Shown here: positions 9,105 through 18,721 of the stretch, in pieces
Position numbering within the stretch: position 1 is the stretch's first letter
How the letters are laid out: each line of letters begins with the position of its first letter
Source: an uncultured Pelagibacteraceae bacterium
Lineage (GTDB): Bacteria > Pseudomonadota > Alphaproteobacteria > Pelagibacterales > AG-422-B15
Direction of reading: 5' to 3'
NCBI GenBank assembly: GCA_902570675.1
Contig: CACFYZ010000001.1
Span: forward strand, 22,955-86,954
DNA length: 64,000 nt
Made by a program: the position numbers and the translations under genes
Notes under the pieces: generated by a model
The model's database searches: none
What the model was told of the DNA's origin: nothing
Seen by the model: the letters and a program-made list of their open reading frames with translations, nothing else

Positions 9105-12100
9105 TTAAAATGATTGAGATATTGATAGAGATAAGTAGTCCTGATCTTCAAGGCTTTGTACATACTTATCGCCCAAATCCATGAAGTCTACATAAGTTCC
9201 AGTGATGTTCATATCTCCCTTGGAGAAAGATACGCTCGCAGAAAATGATAGTCTATCTTCTGCAAAACCACCAATTGATGATGGTGCAAAACCGTGGAAA
9301 TCATGAGAGACCACAACTGTTGGTGTCAGTGTCCATGGTGAATTGTTAAAGTTTTGATATGTTGCTGTTCCTAACAATCTATAAGTTGCAGCAAAATCAT
9401 CAGCCCCCGGCTTATCACCACAATAACCTCCATTACCAAACAATCCATCCACTAGACCTGAACCAATATTGGTCATAGATCGTGTAGAAGTATGAAGGTT
9501 GGTATAGCCAGCCGCAAGAGCTGCAATGGCTGGTGTTGAGTTAGCTGCTATGACGGAAGCTATGGATTCAAAAGCACCCAGACATTTATTTGTTGAGGCG
9601 GCAACACCTTCGTTGAAACCATTTCTTGCAAGATAACCGTTAGCGTTATCATCCATATCCATAACAGAGACAAAACCAACTTCAGTGACTAAGGCACTTG
9701 AGTCAGCGCCTAATGCCGCCGTTACTGGGTGAGTTGCAGTAAAGGCTGTTGTTGTGCCCAGTGTTCCACTGAGGACATCATATTCAATAAATGGTTTTGA
9801 ATAGTACCAATTACCTGAATAAGCGGCTAAAGACGAAATTGTATTGCCGTTATCATCAACGACATTACCTAGTGATGATCGTTCGTATGCATCGATTGCA
9901 TCAAAGAAATCAGTACCTAGTGATGAACTAGTGGCGGCGAGTGTGCCTTCTACTACAGAAATAAAACTAGCTAAACCAGCTGAACCAGCTGCACTAGATA
10001 CATCAATACCAGCAACTGCAAACATGTTCAGAAGGTCTGTAGAGCCATTTTTGTCAAAAATTTGGTTCAACTGATCACCAGCGCCCGTTGCCAAAGGAAA
10101 ATCAGGACGATAAGCAAGCTCACCCTGAAGTGTTGTACCATTAACATTGGTATTGAAACTCAAACCCAATACTTGATTATCTTCTGGAAAGATAGCTCTG
10201 TAAGTGGTTGCATTCATTGGCACTAAGGCTGATGCCAGTCTGATTCCATATAGTGCGCTACCTCCAAGTGCTGTTGCTCCACTAGATAGATTTGTTGCGG
10301 CACACAGAGATGAGTCATGAACTATCTCACCATTGATTACTAAGCCATGTAAGGCTTGTTGAACCGCACGGTCAACTGGACTTCGTGTATTTCCACTATA
10401 ACCATAAAGTGGTCTTAAACCTGTCCCTAGAACGATGTCACATAGACCTTGGGCAAAAGCAATATCATCCATACCTTTTTTCAAATTTTGAAAACCTGTG
10501 TTTACAGATGCAGTCGCGCTTGCATCAAATACTCCGGTGGAATGACTGGAGATACCGACACCAGTTAAATCACTTGTCGCCCAGTCACCATGAGCCAATG
10601 CAATTGCTCCAAGTATATCTTGCGCAAATACACCATTTGGCATTACGGCTTGGAAATAAGGTACTTTTGATGTGTAATTAGCATAGTACATACCAATATC
10701 TAAACCTGTTCCGATAGTATCAAAGTATTTACCCCATCTTAAACCGTAGTCAGAGCCATCAGGGTCTTTAAATTTTCCATTTGGATTAGCAAAAATTGAT
10801 ACATTTGCGCCTTTTCGATAATCCGGTGTAAACAAATTAGAATAGCCAGTCATCGCTTTGGCTACAGAACTGGCAGCTGCAATGTTACCTTTACTATCAT
10901 CAGAATCACCTGAGTTAGAAGCACTAGGAGCTGCTGAAGTTGCCGATCCAAGGAATTCGTGAGCTGCTCCAAGACCCATTGACTGAGTTACTGCTGTTGC
11001 ATCTAAGGCCTTAAGACCAGCCACAATAAAACTTGTTGCATCATAATCTGACCAATTCGTTGCGTGACGCGAGTAAGCTGCAATATTGGCTGCCGTGCAT
11101 GCATGACCGGCCCCAGCTGTGAAAAGTCCACCCGTCCCTGCTGCTGCTAACGTAGCACCACCTACCATTGAATATGGACAGGCCGCAGGTGAATTTCTTT
11201 CAAGGTCATTTGTGCCAGATGCATCAAGTTGACCATAACCATCGCCAAATAATTCACTTCCAAAATATGATCCTTTTGGACCCAACTTAACTTGTTCATG
11301 GTTGAACTGATAATATCCTTCAAGCGTTGAGCCATCAGATAATGCTGTTGTTATTGTTACTTGTTCCGTTGGTATCAAAGCTTCTTTAATTGAAGAACTT
11401 GGTGATAGTAATTTTGGAAGGTCTAAAGCGTTTGTAACAAAACCGTTAAGACCTATTGGAATAAATGTTGACTCACCCCAACTCGTTACATAACGACCAA
11501 ATTGAACATCAACAAAACTATCCGCCACATCAAAGCTGGTGACGGCATAAGCATCGAGAATATCTATTGCTGATTCAAAATCATCTTGGGCCGGCGCTTC
11601 AAAAGTTTTAAACTGGGGAGCGTTTATATCTAATGCCGGGTTAACCGAAGCCACGAATGATAAATTTAAACTTGTGCCATTATCAGTGACCCCACTGATT
11701 TCAGAATAGAGTGATTGAGTCGCATCAAAAATATCACCACGTTGGAAGTTTAATGGACCATCAGTAGCGTTGTCATTACCGTATGAGAAAAGGGTATCGG
11801 TAGTATTTCCGTAAGAGTCTGAGGTTGCTTGACCACAACCTTGACCTGATCCATCAATAACTGTCAAGAGTGTTGCTGCATCAGCAGCAGATAAACCTCG
11901 AGTTGCTGTCATGTAGCCACCCAAAGCTTGAGCTGTTGTTAAAGATTGGCCGTTTGATGTTACCGTTACTGTATCTTCACCAAGAAGAGTTTGATGGTTT
12001 TGTCCTACAGTATATTTCCAACCTGCAAGCAGTCGACAATCTTGTGACTGAACACGTGCAGAAAATCCTGAAGTGAATGTCGTGTTCGCTGTACCAGTAA

Positions 12101-12203
12101 AACCTGGTATGTTAATTTCGGCAGCATGTGATGATATCCACGCACCTGATGTAAGTGACAAGAATAATGTACTTACTGAAATAAATTTTAAAAATTTATT
12201 CAT
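9105..12203 (-). CDS. DUF1302 family outer-membrane protein, unusually large (1032 aa)
   Basis: Signal peptide MNKFLKFISVSTLFLSLTSGAWISSHA. DUF1302 hallmark DILDAYAV....FGRYVTSWGESTFI (GRYVTSWGESTF = nt 11463-11498). Gly/Ala/Ser/Thr-rich with alternating beta-strand-like segments. C-terminal ...SLSISQSF ends in the terminal Phe typical of beta-barrel OMPs. Strong SD AAGGGGGG upstream. Confidence 0.75.
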   Translation of the reverse strand: MNKFLKFISVSTLFLSLTSGAWISSHAAEINIPGFTGTANTTFTSGFSARVQSQDCRLLAGWKYTVGQNHQTLLGEDTVTVTSNGQSLTTAQALGGYMTATRGLSAADAATLLTVIDGSGQGCGQATSDSYGNTTDTLFSYGNDNATDGPLNFQRGDIFDATQSLYSEISGVTDNGTSLNLSFVASVNPALDINAPQFKTFEAPAQDDFESAIDILDAYAVTSFDVADSFVDVQFGRYVTSWGESTFIPIGLNGFVTNALDLPKLLSPSSSIKEALIPTEQVTITTALSDGSTLEGYYQFNHEQVKLGPKGSYFGSELFGDGYGQLDASGTNDLERNSPAACPYSMVGGATLAAAGTGGLFTAGAGHACTAANIAAYSRHATNWSDYDATSFIVAGLKALDATAVTQSMGLGAAHEFLGSATSAAPSASNSGDSDDSKGNIAAASSVAKAMTGYSNLFTPDYRKGANVSIFANPNGKFKDPDGSDYGLRWGKYFDTIGTGLDIGMYYANYTSKVPYFQAVMPNGVFAQDILGAIALAHGDWATSDLTGVGISSHSTGVFDASATASVNTGFQNLKKGMDDIAFAQGLCDIVLGTGLRPLYGYSGNTRSPVDRAVQQALHGLVINGEIVHDSSLCAATNLSSGATALGGSALYGIRLASALVPMNATTYRAIFPEDNQVLGLSFNTNVNGTTLQGELAYRPDFPLATGAGDQLNQIFDKNGSTDLLNMFAVAGIDVSSAAGSAGLASFISVVEGTLAATSSSLGTDFFDAIDAYERSSLGNVVDDNGNTISSLAAYSGNWYYSKPFIEYDVLSGTLGTTTAFTATHPVTAALGADSSALVTEVGFVSVMDMDDNANGYLARNGFNEGVAASTNKCLGAFESIASVIAANSTPAIAALAAGYTNLHTSTRSMTNIGSGLVDGLFGNGGYCGDKPGADDFAATYRLLGTATYQNFNNSPWTLTPTVVVSHDFHGFAPSSIGGFAEDRLSFSASVSFSKGDMNITGTYVDFMDLGDKYVQSLEDQDYLSLSISQSF

Positions 12204-12218
12204 AATAGTTTTCCCCCC

Positions 12219-12264
12219 TTAAACATAGAAAGCTTCTAACTTTAAACTTAGAAAGCTTCTAAAC
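12219..12264 (-). repeat. Two tandem 23-bp direct repeats in the leader/promoter region of the DUF1302 gene
   Basis: TTAAACATAGAAAGCTTCTAACT (12219-12241) and TTAAACTTAGAAAGCTTCTAAAC (12242-12264). The 14-nt core TAGAAAGCTTCTAA is identical at 12226-12239 and 12249-12262. They start 16 nt upstream of the start codon at 12203. Confidence 0.7.
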
Positions 12265-12501
12265 TGTTTCTCATAGTAATAATAAAAAATTATTAAAACT
12301 TATAACAATCTACGTATTCAACTAGAAATCACAAATTAGTCAAGTACTTAAAAGGCTTAATTCATTATAAATAATATCTCAAAATCATAGCTTTAATGAG
12401 AGAAAATAAGCAATTTTTACAGTTAAGCTTACGAATATTAAGACACAATATACTGAATAAAACTTAGCGTCATAGTGAGTACTAGTCTTTTTTTCTATTT
12501 T

Positions 12502-13227
12502 TTATCGCTTAGCCATGAACTCAGCTACAGATTGAATTAAGGAGTATTCTAAGGGACTTTTAGATGCAATGGCTTTTTTATAACCCTTTCTTTTCATAAA
12601 AGTTGCAATATCGTCACTTAAACAGATGTATGCTAATTTTTTTGCACTCTTTGATAGATTAGCTAAATGCACTGAATTGATATACGTTTGCGCAGTATAC
12701 AATGAAAATAAAGTGACCACATGAATGCGTTCTGCTCTTAAATCGTTCACCGTTTTAAGAGTTAATTTGGCTTTGGGCTGAACTGAGTAAATAATTTCTC
12801 TTTTATAATTTATTCTGAGTGTGTCTAATTTTTTGAGCAGCTTTGTATTGTTGACATTACTCGATAAATAACACAATTTTTTTATTCGATGAGAAGACGT
12901 ACTTAAGTAATTTAGTAACTCATCTGAATTATGAAAAACTTTTTTTATTTTTGTAATTCTCAGTGCCCTTAGTGCTTTTGCTGCTTCGTCACCAATTACA
13001 TAGTGATTGCATTTTTTTAAGTGCTTAATTTCTTTTCTGTGTTTTTGTTTAATTGCATTAACTGCTTGCACACTCGCTATGAGACAGTCACTGTAAGGTT
13101 CAAAATTAATTTTAATATTTTTTAAATAAAACGAAATTAGAGAGTCGGTACGACTGTTAATATTTTTTTTCTTGAGTTGAGCCGCTAATTGTTTTGCTTT
13201 TTCACGCGGGCGTGTAATTAAAATCAT
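12502..13227 (-). CDS. hemD: Uroporphyrinogen-III synthase
   Basis: ORF track gives 12502..13299. Met25 (13227) gives the typical MILITRP... start. CLIASVQAVNAI and VIGDEAAKAL blocks resemble HemD. Lies directly downstream of hemC. The protein is divergent. Confidence 0.65.
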   Translation of the reverse strand: MILITRPREKAKQLAAQLKKKNINSRTDSLISFYLKNIKINFEPYSDCLIASVQAVNAIKQKHRKEIKHLKKCNHYVIGDEAAKALRALRITKIKKVFHNSDELLNYLSTSSHRIKKLCYLSSNVNNTKLLKKLDTLRINYKREIIYSVQPKAKLTLKTVNDLRAERIHVVTLFSLYTAQTYINSVHLANLSKSAKKLAYICLSDDIATFMKRKGYKKAIASKSPLEYSLIQSVAEFMAKR

Positions 13228-14167
13228 CTTCAAAATTATCCAAAGCGTTAATATGTTCTTGTCCCACAGCAGAGATAATATTTTCTCCAAGAGTTGCACT
13301 TAATTGTTTAAAATTTATTTTGTCATCTGTGACCGATTGTGCAAATAATTTTTCACCATTGTGTGCATACAGCACACACTCAACTGTGATTTTGTCCGTG
13401 TTGATTTTTGCATAAACTGAAACCGGACTATTACAATTGGCATTAATGGTTTTTAACACCAGTCTCTCAGCAGTGCTTTCAATCTGTGTCGTCTCATCAT
13501 TAATATTTATTAGTACATTTTTTAACGGACTATTTTGTTTAGCTTGTACAGCCACAGTACCTTGACAAGCGGCTGGTAAAAAAAGGTCTAAGGGCAGTGT
13601 TTCGGTTACCAAATCCTCTAGACCCAACCGTTCAAGCCCCGCTAAGCTGAGAAGAATGGCATCGTACTCTTTATTATGTAATTTATTTACACGCGTATCG
13701 ACATTACCTCGCAGTAGTTTTATTGAAAGATCTGGCCTTAAACTCAGTATTTGGGCCCGCCGTCTTATAGAACTGGTCCCAATAATTGAGCCAGCAGGCA
13801 GTTCACTGAAGGTTTTACCAGAGTTGGAAAGTAGTGAGTCCTGGGGGCTTTGTCTGCGCATCCAGCAAATAAGCTCTAATTCACCGAGTTCAGTCGTCGC
13901 TGGTAAATCTTTGAGCGAGTGGATGCCAAGATCCACAGTGCCTTTGATAATGTGTTCCTCTATTTCCTTGATGAACAACCCCTTGCCGCCAATCCGATCA
14001 AGCCGATGGGTTGGATTTTTATCGCCGGTGGTTTGAATAAATTCTATTTGAATATCGTCTTCATTGAGATTTGGCGTGGTCGCTATAAGTGCTTGAATTA
14101 GTTGATTGGTCTGTGCTTTTGAAAGTTTACTATTTCTAATCCCAATCGTGATCGTTTTATCCGGCAT
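13202..14167 (-). CDS. hemC: Porphobilinogen deaminase (hydroxymethylbilane synthase)
   Basis: 321 aa with IGIRNSKLSKAQT, IHSLKDLP, GTSSIRRRAQ and the dipyrromethane cofactor Cys region (NANCNSPV). Confidence 0.9.
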   Translation of the reverse strand: MPDKTITIGIRNSKLSKAQTNQLIQALIATTPNLNEDDIQIEFIQTTGDKNPTHRLDRIGGKGLFIKEIEEHIIKGTVDLGIHSLKDLPATTELGELELICWMRRQSPQDSLLSNSGKTFSELPAGSIIGTSSIRRRAQILSLRPDLSIKLLRGNVDTRVNKLHNKEYDAILLSLAGLERLGLEDLVTETLPLDLFLPAACQGTVAVQAKQNSPLKNVLININDETTQIESTAERLVLKTINANCNSPVSVYAKINTDKITVECVLYAHNGEKLFAQSVTDDKINFKQLSATLGENIISAVGQEHINALDNFEDDFNYTPA

Positions 14168-14270
14168 TAAGTCTATTTTTCAAATTTAAATAAGGTTCTT
14201 TAAAAATTAAATATATAATGATTTAAGTATACTTTATTTAGTCCATAAATATTGATTATTATTAAAGAAA

Positions 14271-15347
14271 ATGAAAAAAATAAGAATTCTTGGCATTGAA
14301 TCTAGTTGTGATGAAACTTCTGTATCGGTCGTTGAAAAAACCAATGGTCAAATCAATATTTTATCCAACATCGTAAAATCTCAGCTGGACATTCACCAAG
14401 ACTTCGGAGGAGTTGTTCCTGAACTAGCAGCCCGAGCTCATTCTGATGTGATTGATAAATTGATTAAAATGGCAATGGATAAATCACGATTATCATTTCG
14501 TGATATCGATGCTATTGCTTCAACCGCTGGACCTGGTTTAATGGGTGGTCTTTTAGTGGGTGTGGTCGCCGCAAAAACATTATCGTCTTCGCTAAAGAAA
14601 CCATTTATTGCAGTAAATCATTTAGAAGGCCATGCGCTGTCTATTAGATTAGAAACAGACATTGACTTCCCTTATTTGTTGTTGTTGGTTTCAGGGGGTC
14701 ATACAGAATTTACGATGATCAATAAATTTAATTCATACAAAAGGATTGGTACGACAATTGACGATGCTCTGGGTGAAGCCTTTGATAAAACTGCACGCTT
14801 GTTGAAATTAGGATATCCAGGCGGTCCTGAAATAGAAAAGTACGCACTCAAAGGTAATGAATTACGTTTTAAATTGCCGAAGCCACTGATCCACGAAAAA
14901 AATTGCCACTTTTCATTTGCTGGTCTGAAATCGGCTGTAGCAACTGTCGTGGCCCAACACAAGTGCACAGAAAAATTTAAAAAAGATATGGCAGCTTCTT
15001 TTCAAAAAACGATTAATGAAATTTTGTACACAAAAACATCTCACGCAATTGATATATTCCAAGCTCGTCAAAGGAAGAATAAGACAGTCAGGATCGTTGT
15101 CGCTGGTGGCGTTGCGGCTAATAAAAGTTTACGTAAGTCCCTTGAAAAAATTGAAAAAGAAAGGGACTGTGAGTTTTTATTTCCCTCCATTAAATACTGT
15201 ACTGACAATGGTGCAATGATTGCGCTAGCAGGAATTGAACGCTTTGAACGTAAGCTATTCAATAAACTTAATTTTAAACCAAAACCACGGTGGCCTCTAG
15301 ATAAGAAGGCCATCTTCATGAAAGGTAAAAGAGCAGTTGGTCACTAA
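14271..15347 (+). CDS. tsaD: tRNA N6-adenosine threonylcarbamoyltransferase
   Basis: ILGIESSCDETS, NHLEGH and VSGGHT motifs of Kae1/TsaD. 358 aa. Confidence 0.95.
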   Translation: MKKIRILGIESSCDETSVSVVEKTNGQINILSNIVKSQLDIHQDFGGVVPELAARAHSDVIDKLIKMAMDKSRLSFRDIDAIASTAGPGLMGGLLVGVVAAKTLSSSLKKPFIAVNHLEGHALSIRLETDIDFPYLLLLVSGGHTEFTMINKFNSYKRIGTTIDDALGEAFDKTARLLKLGYPGGPEIEKYALKGNELRFKLPKPLIHEKNCHFSFAGLKSAVATVVAQHKCTEKFKKDMAASFQKTINEILYTKTSHAIDIFQARQRKNKTVRIVVAGGVAANKSLRKSLEKIEKERDCEFLFPSIKYCTDNGAMIALAGIERFERKLFNKLNFKPKPRWPLDKKAIFMKGKRAVGH

Positions 15348-16335
15348 AAAGAAAAAACAAATTGGTGTCATTGGCGCCGGTGCCTGGGGGACGGCACTAT
15401 CAAATATTATTGCTAAAAAACAAAATATTTTGTTGTGGGCAAAAGAACAAAATGTTGCTGAGAATATAAATAAAAAACATGAAAATAAAAAATTTTTGCC
15501 TCACATCAAATTAAGCAAAAAAATCTCCTGTACCACGGAGATAAGTGATCTCTCCAGTTGTGAAATTTTATTTTTAGTATCGCCTGTTCAATATCTATCA
15601 AGCGTCTTGTCAAAACTTAAAGATCATTTAGAGCACAATACGATTTTTATTTGCTGCTCCAAAGGTCTTGAAATGAGCAGTCTTCGTTTACCGAGCCAGA
15701 TAGTATCATCGGTTTTTCCTAAAAATAAAATTGCCATTATCTCTGGACCAAATTTTGCTAGTGAGATTGCACAAGGTTTGCCAGCAGCCACAGTCGTATC
15801 ATCAAAAAACGACGACGTCTCAAGTGAAATTGCTGAACTGATAAAATCACCTACCTTAAGACCATATTTATCAAACGATATTATTGGCACTCAAATTGCA
15901 GGTGCCCTTAAAAATATTTATGCCATTGCCAGTGGTATTGTGGTTGGTAAAAAGTTTGGTGACAATGCTGTGGCCTCAATTATTTCACGAAGCTTTGCGG
16001 AAATATCAATTGTTGGCAAATCCATGGGAGCAAAAAGATCAACTCTTTCCGGTCTGTCTGGTATGGGTGATTTATTTTTAACCTGCTCATCAAAAGAGTC
16101 TCGAAACTTTTCTTTGGGCATTGATTTAGCCAAAGGCAAAACACTCAGTGAAATCATGCAGAAAAAACTGTCTGTCGCCGAAGGCGTTTTTACCGTTAGG
16201 GCTTTAAAGAAACTTGCTGCTCAGCAAAAATTGGATCTTCCTCTCAACGAGGCTGTTTATCGTGTTTTATATCGAAAAAAAAATATTGATTCTACAATTC
16301 AAGAACTTTTAAATAGACCTCTAACAAAAGAGTAG
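15337..16335 (+). CDS. gpsA: NAD(P)H-dependent glycerol-3-phosphate dehydrogenase
   Basis: GVIGAGAWGTAL Rossmann motif with GpsA-like ISGPNFA.EIA and LKNIYAIA.G blocks. TTG start overlaps the tsaD end by 11 nt. Confidence 0.9.
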   Translation: MVTKKKKQIGVIGAGAWGTALSNIIAKKQNILLWAKEQNVAENINKKHENKKFLPHIKLSKKISCTTEISDLSSCEILFLVSPVQYLSSVLSKLKDHLEHNTIFICCSKGLEMSSLRLPSQIVSSVFPKNKIAIISGPNFASEIAQGLPAATVVSSKNDDVSSEIAELIKSPTLRPYLSNDIIGTQIAGALKNIYAIASGIVVGKKFGDNAVASIISRSFAEISIVGKSMGAKRSTLSGLSGMGDLFLTCSSKESRNFSLGIDLAKGKTLSEIMQKKLSVAEGVFTVRALKKLAAQQKLDLPLNEAVYRVLYRKKNIDSTIQELLNRPLTKE

Positions 16336-16337
16336 GC

Positions 16338-16754
16338 ATGAATTATTGGTTAATGAAATCTGAACCCGAAACGTGGTCGTGGGAGCAACAAGTCAAGGCA
16401 GGCTCTAAAGGTGAAGGCTGGGATGGTGTCCGGAATTATCAAGCCTCAAATAATATGAAGAAAATGAAAAAAGGAGATCTGTGTTTTTTTTATCATTCTG
16501 TAAAAGAAAGAGATGTCGTCGGCATTGTTAAAGTCATTAGAGAATATCACCCGGATCCAACTGATAAGTCTAATCGTTTTGGTATGGTTCGCATCAGTGC
16601 CGTGAAAGCCCTTAAAAAAAGAGTAAACCTCTCTCAAATTAAAGAAGATAAAAGACTTAATCACCTCGCTTTAGTGAAACAAGCAAGATTATCTGTCTTG
16701 CCCATCGATAAGAAGTCCTGGACAATTATTTGCAATCTAGGAGGTATCAAATAA
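16338..16754 (+). CDS. EVE (PUA-like) domain protein
   Basis: YWLMKSEPETWS...WDGVRNYQA.N.M..MKKGD.CFFYHS is the characteristic EVE-domain N-terminus. Confidence 0.85.
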   Translation: MNYWLMKSEPETWSWEQQVKAGSKGEGWDGVRNYQASNNMKKMKKGDLCFFYHSVKERDVVGIVKVIREYHPDPTDKSNRFGMVRISAVKALKKRVNLSQIKEDKRLNHLALVKQARLSVLPIDKKSWTIICNLGGIK

Positions 16755-16766
16755 GATATTTGGTTT

Positions 16767-18707
16767 ATGAGTGATAATGAAAAATTTGAAGTCAGTGCTG
16801 ATTGGTCTGCCAACGCCCAAATTAATCATGATAAATACACTAAGTGGTATGATAAATCATTCAACGATAATGAAGATTTTTGGAATGAACACGGTAAAAG
16901 AATAAAATGGGTGAAACCGTATTCAAAAGTGAAAAATGTATCATTTAAGAAAGATAGTTTCTCAATCAAATGGTATGAAGATGGCTCTCTTAATGCTTCC
17001 GCTAATTGTATCGATCGACATTTAAAAGATAAAGGTGATCAGACAGCCATCATTTGGGAAGGTGATGATCCAAAGGACTCAAAACACATTACTTATAATG
17101 AGTTGCATAAAGAAGTTTCAAAATTAGCGAACGGCCTAAAAAATCTGGGTGTAAAAAAAGGGGACCGAGTCACGATCTATATGCCAATGATACCTGAAGC
17201 TGCTTATTCTATGCTGGCCTGCACACGGATTGGAGCTATTCATTCAGTTGTCTTTGGTGGCTTCTCTCCTGACTCACTTGCAGGTCGTATCAGTGATTGC
17301 AAATCAGATATTGTTATTACAGCTGATGAAGGTTTGAGAGGTGGCAAAACAATTCCTTTAAAACAAAATACAGATGATGCAATAAATATCTCTGGTGGAG
17401 TAAGAAATTGTATTGTCGTTAAACGGACCGGCGGCTCAATTGATTGGCATGATGACAGAGATGTTTGGTATCATGAATTATTAAGTAACGTTTCAGAGGA
17501 ATGTCCTCCGGAAGAAATGAATGCTGAAGACCCGTTATTTATACTTTACACATCGGGATCGACAGGAAAGCCCAAAGGTGTAATGCACACTACTGGCGGT
17601 TATATGGTATATGCATCAATGACACACCAGTATGTATTTGATTACAAACCAGGGGATGTTTATTGGTGCACAGCTGATGTGGGCTGGGTTACTGGACATA
17701 GTTATATTGTCTACGGACCACTTGCGAACGGTGCAATCACTGTCATGTTTGAGGGAGTTCCAAATTATCCAAGTGCTTCTCGTTTTTGGGAAGTGGTTGA
17801 TAAACATAAAGTCAATATTTTCTACACAGCGCCCACAGCTATTCGCGCGCTAATGCGTGAAGGAGAAAAACCTGTAACAAAAACAAGTCGATCTTCGCTT
17901 AAACTGTTAGGGACTGTTGGAGAGCCCATTAATCCTGAAGCTTGGATGTGGTATTATAATATTGTTGGTGAACAGAACTGTCCGATCGTTGATACATGGT
18001 GGCAAACGGAAACAGGTGGTATCTTAATCACCCCACTTCCAGGAGCAATAGCTCAAAAACCTGGATCAGCAACAAAACCTTTTTTTGGTATAAAGCCTCA
18101 AATTTTAGACTCTGAAGGTAATATTCTTGAAGGAGCATGTGAAGGATCACTCTGTCTTGCAGACTCATGGCCAGGCCAAATGAGGACAGTATACGGCGAT
18201 CATAAAAGATTTATTGAAACTTATTTTTCTCAATTTGATGGAAAGTATTTTACAGGTGATGGATGCAAGCGTGATAAAGATGGTTATTATTGGATCACTG
18301 GGCGTGTTGATGATGTGATTAATGTATCTGGTCACCGTATGGGAACAGCCGAGGTTGAATCTGCTTTAGTTGCTCATCCAAAAGTTAGTGAAGCAGCCGT
18401 AGTTGGCTATCCTCATGACATCAAAGGTCAGGGAATTTATGCTTACGTAACTTTAAACGCCGGCGAAGAAACCTCTGATGAATTGTATAAAGAATTAGTT
18501 ACCTGGGTTAGAAAAGAAATTGGTCCAATTGCATCTCCAGATCTCATTCAATGGGCACCCGGTCTTCCAAAGACACGTTCTGGAAAAATCATGAGAAGAA
18601 TTTTAAGAAAGATTGCAGAAAATGAATACAGCAATCTTGGTGATACATCTACTTTAGCTGAACCAGCAGTAGTCGATGATTTAATCGACAATCGAATGAA
18701 CAAATAG
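16767..18707 (+). CDS. acs: Acetyl-CoA synthetase
   Basis: 646 aa. AMP-binding motif [19 protein letters not shown], and C-terminal [11 protein letters not shown] with the acetylatable Lys. Confidence 0.95.
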   Translation: MSDNEKFEVSADWSANAQINHDKYTKWYDKSFNDNEDFWNEHGKRIKWVKPYSKVKNVSFKKDSFSIKWYEDGSLNASANCIDRHLKDKGDQTAIIWEGDDPKDSKHITYNELHKEVSKLANGLKNLGVKKGDRVTIYMPMIPEAAYSMLACTRIGAIHSVVFGGFSPDSLAGRISDCKSDIVITADEGLRGGKTIPLKQNTDDAINISGGVRNCIVVKRTGGSIDWHDDRDVWYHELLSNVSEECPPEEMNAEDPLFILYTSGSTGKPKGVMHTTGGYMVYASMTHQYVFDYKPGDVYWCTADVGWVTGHSYIVYGPLANGAITVMFEGVPNYPSASRFWEVVDKHKVNIFYTAPTAIRALMREGEKPVTKTSRSSLKLLGTVGEPINPEAWMWYYNIVGEQNCPIVDTWWQTETGGILITPLPGAIAQKPGSATKPFFGIKPQILDSEGNILEGACEGSLCLADSWPGQMRTVYGDHKRFIETYFSQFDGKYFTGDGCKRDKDGYYWITGRVDDVINVSGHRMGTAEVESALVAHPKVSEAAVVGYPHDIKGQGIYAYVTLNAGEETSDELYKELVTWVRKEIGPIASPDLIQWAPGLPKTRSGKIMRRILRKIAENEYSNLGDTSTLAEPAVVDDLIDNRMNK

Positions 18708-18721
18708 GTAAACATCAATTC

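Noticed and set aside
9844-12076. Plus-strand ORFs nested in the DUF1302 gene (9844-10074, 10385-10681, 11870-12076), and similar nested ORFs at 3149-3340, 4125-4328, 5317-5532, 6728-7102, 7212-7630 and 8160-8528
   Set aside because: All lie fully inside, and antisense or out of frame to, longer ORFs with clear family signatures. None has its own motif or ribosome-binding context. They are shadow ORFs.
9105-12203. The 1032-aa Gly/Ala/Ser/Thr-rich protein as an RTX toxin, adhesin or S-layer protein
   Set aside because: It has no GGxGxD nonapeptide repeats or tandem Ig-like repeats. It does have the DUF1302 WGESTF hallmark, a Sec signal peptide and a C-terminal Phe, and it sits next to DUF1329. 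An outer-membrane barrel family member fits better.
12219-12264. Possible CRISPR array or minisatellite
   Set aside because: There are only two directly abutting 23-bp units, with no spacers, and no cas genes in the window. A regulatory repeat fits better.
12396-12467. 23-codon ORF (MRENKQFLQLSLRILRHNILNKT) in the long spacer upstream of the DUF1302 gene; also the spacer as a possible sRNA locus
   Set aside because: There is no Shine-Dalgarno sequence, no stable stem-loops and no terminator. The region is very AT-rich and looks like plain promoter or UP-element DNA.
13228-13299. Long N-terminal extensions offered by the ORF track (hemD to 13299, SBP to 3855, YkuD-like to 31565, porin to 33774, DUF1674 to 19874, yggS to 32820, leuS to 34521, dnaQ to 53194, hisA to 60339)
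   Set aside because: In each case an internal Met restores the family-typical N-terminus or signal peptide. It also removes an implausible overlap with a neighbouring gene or terminator.
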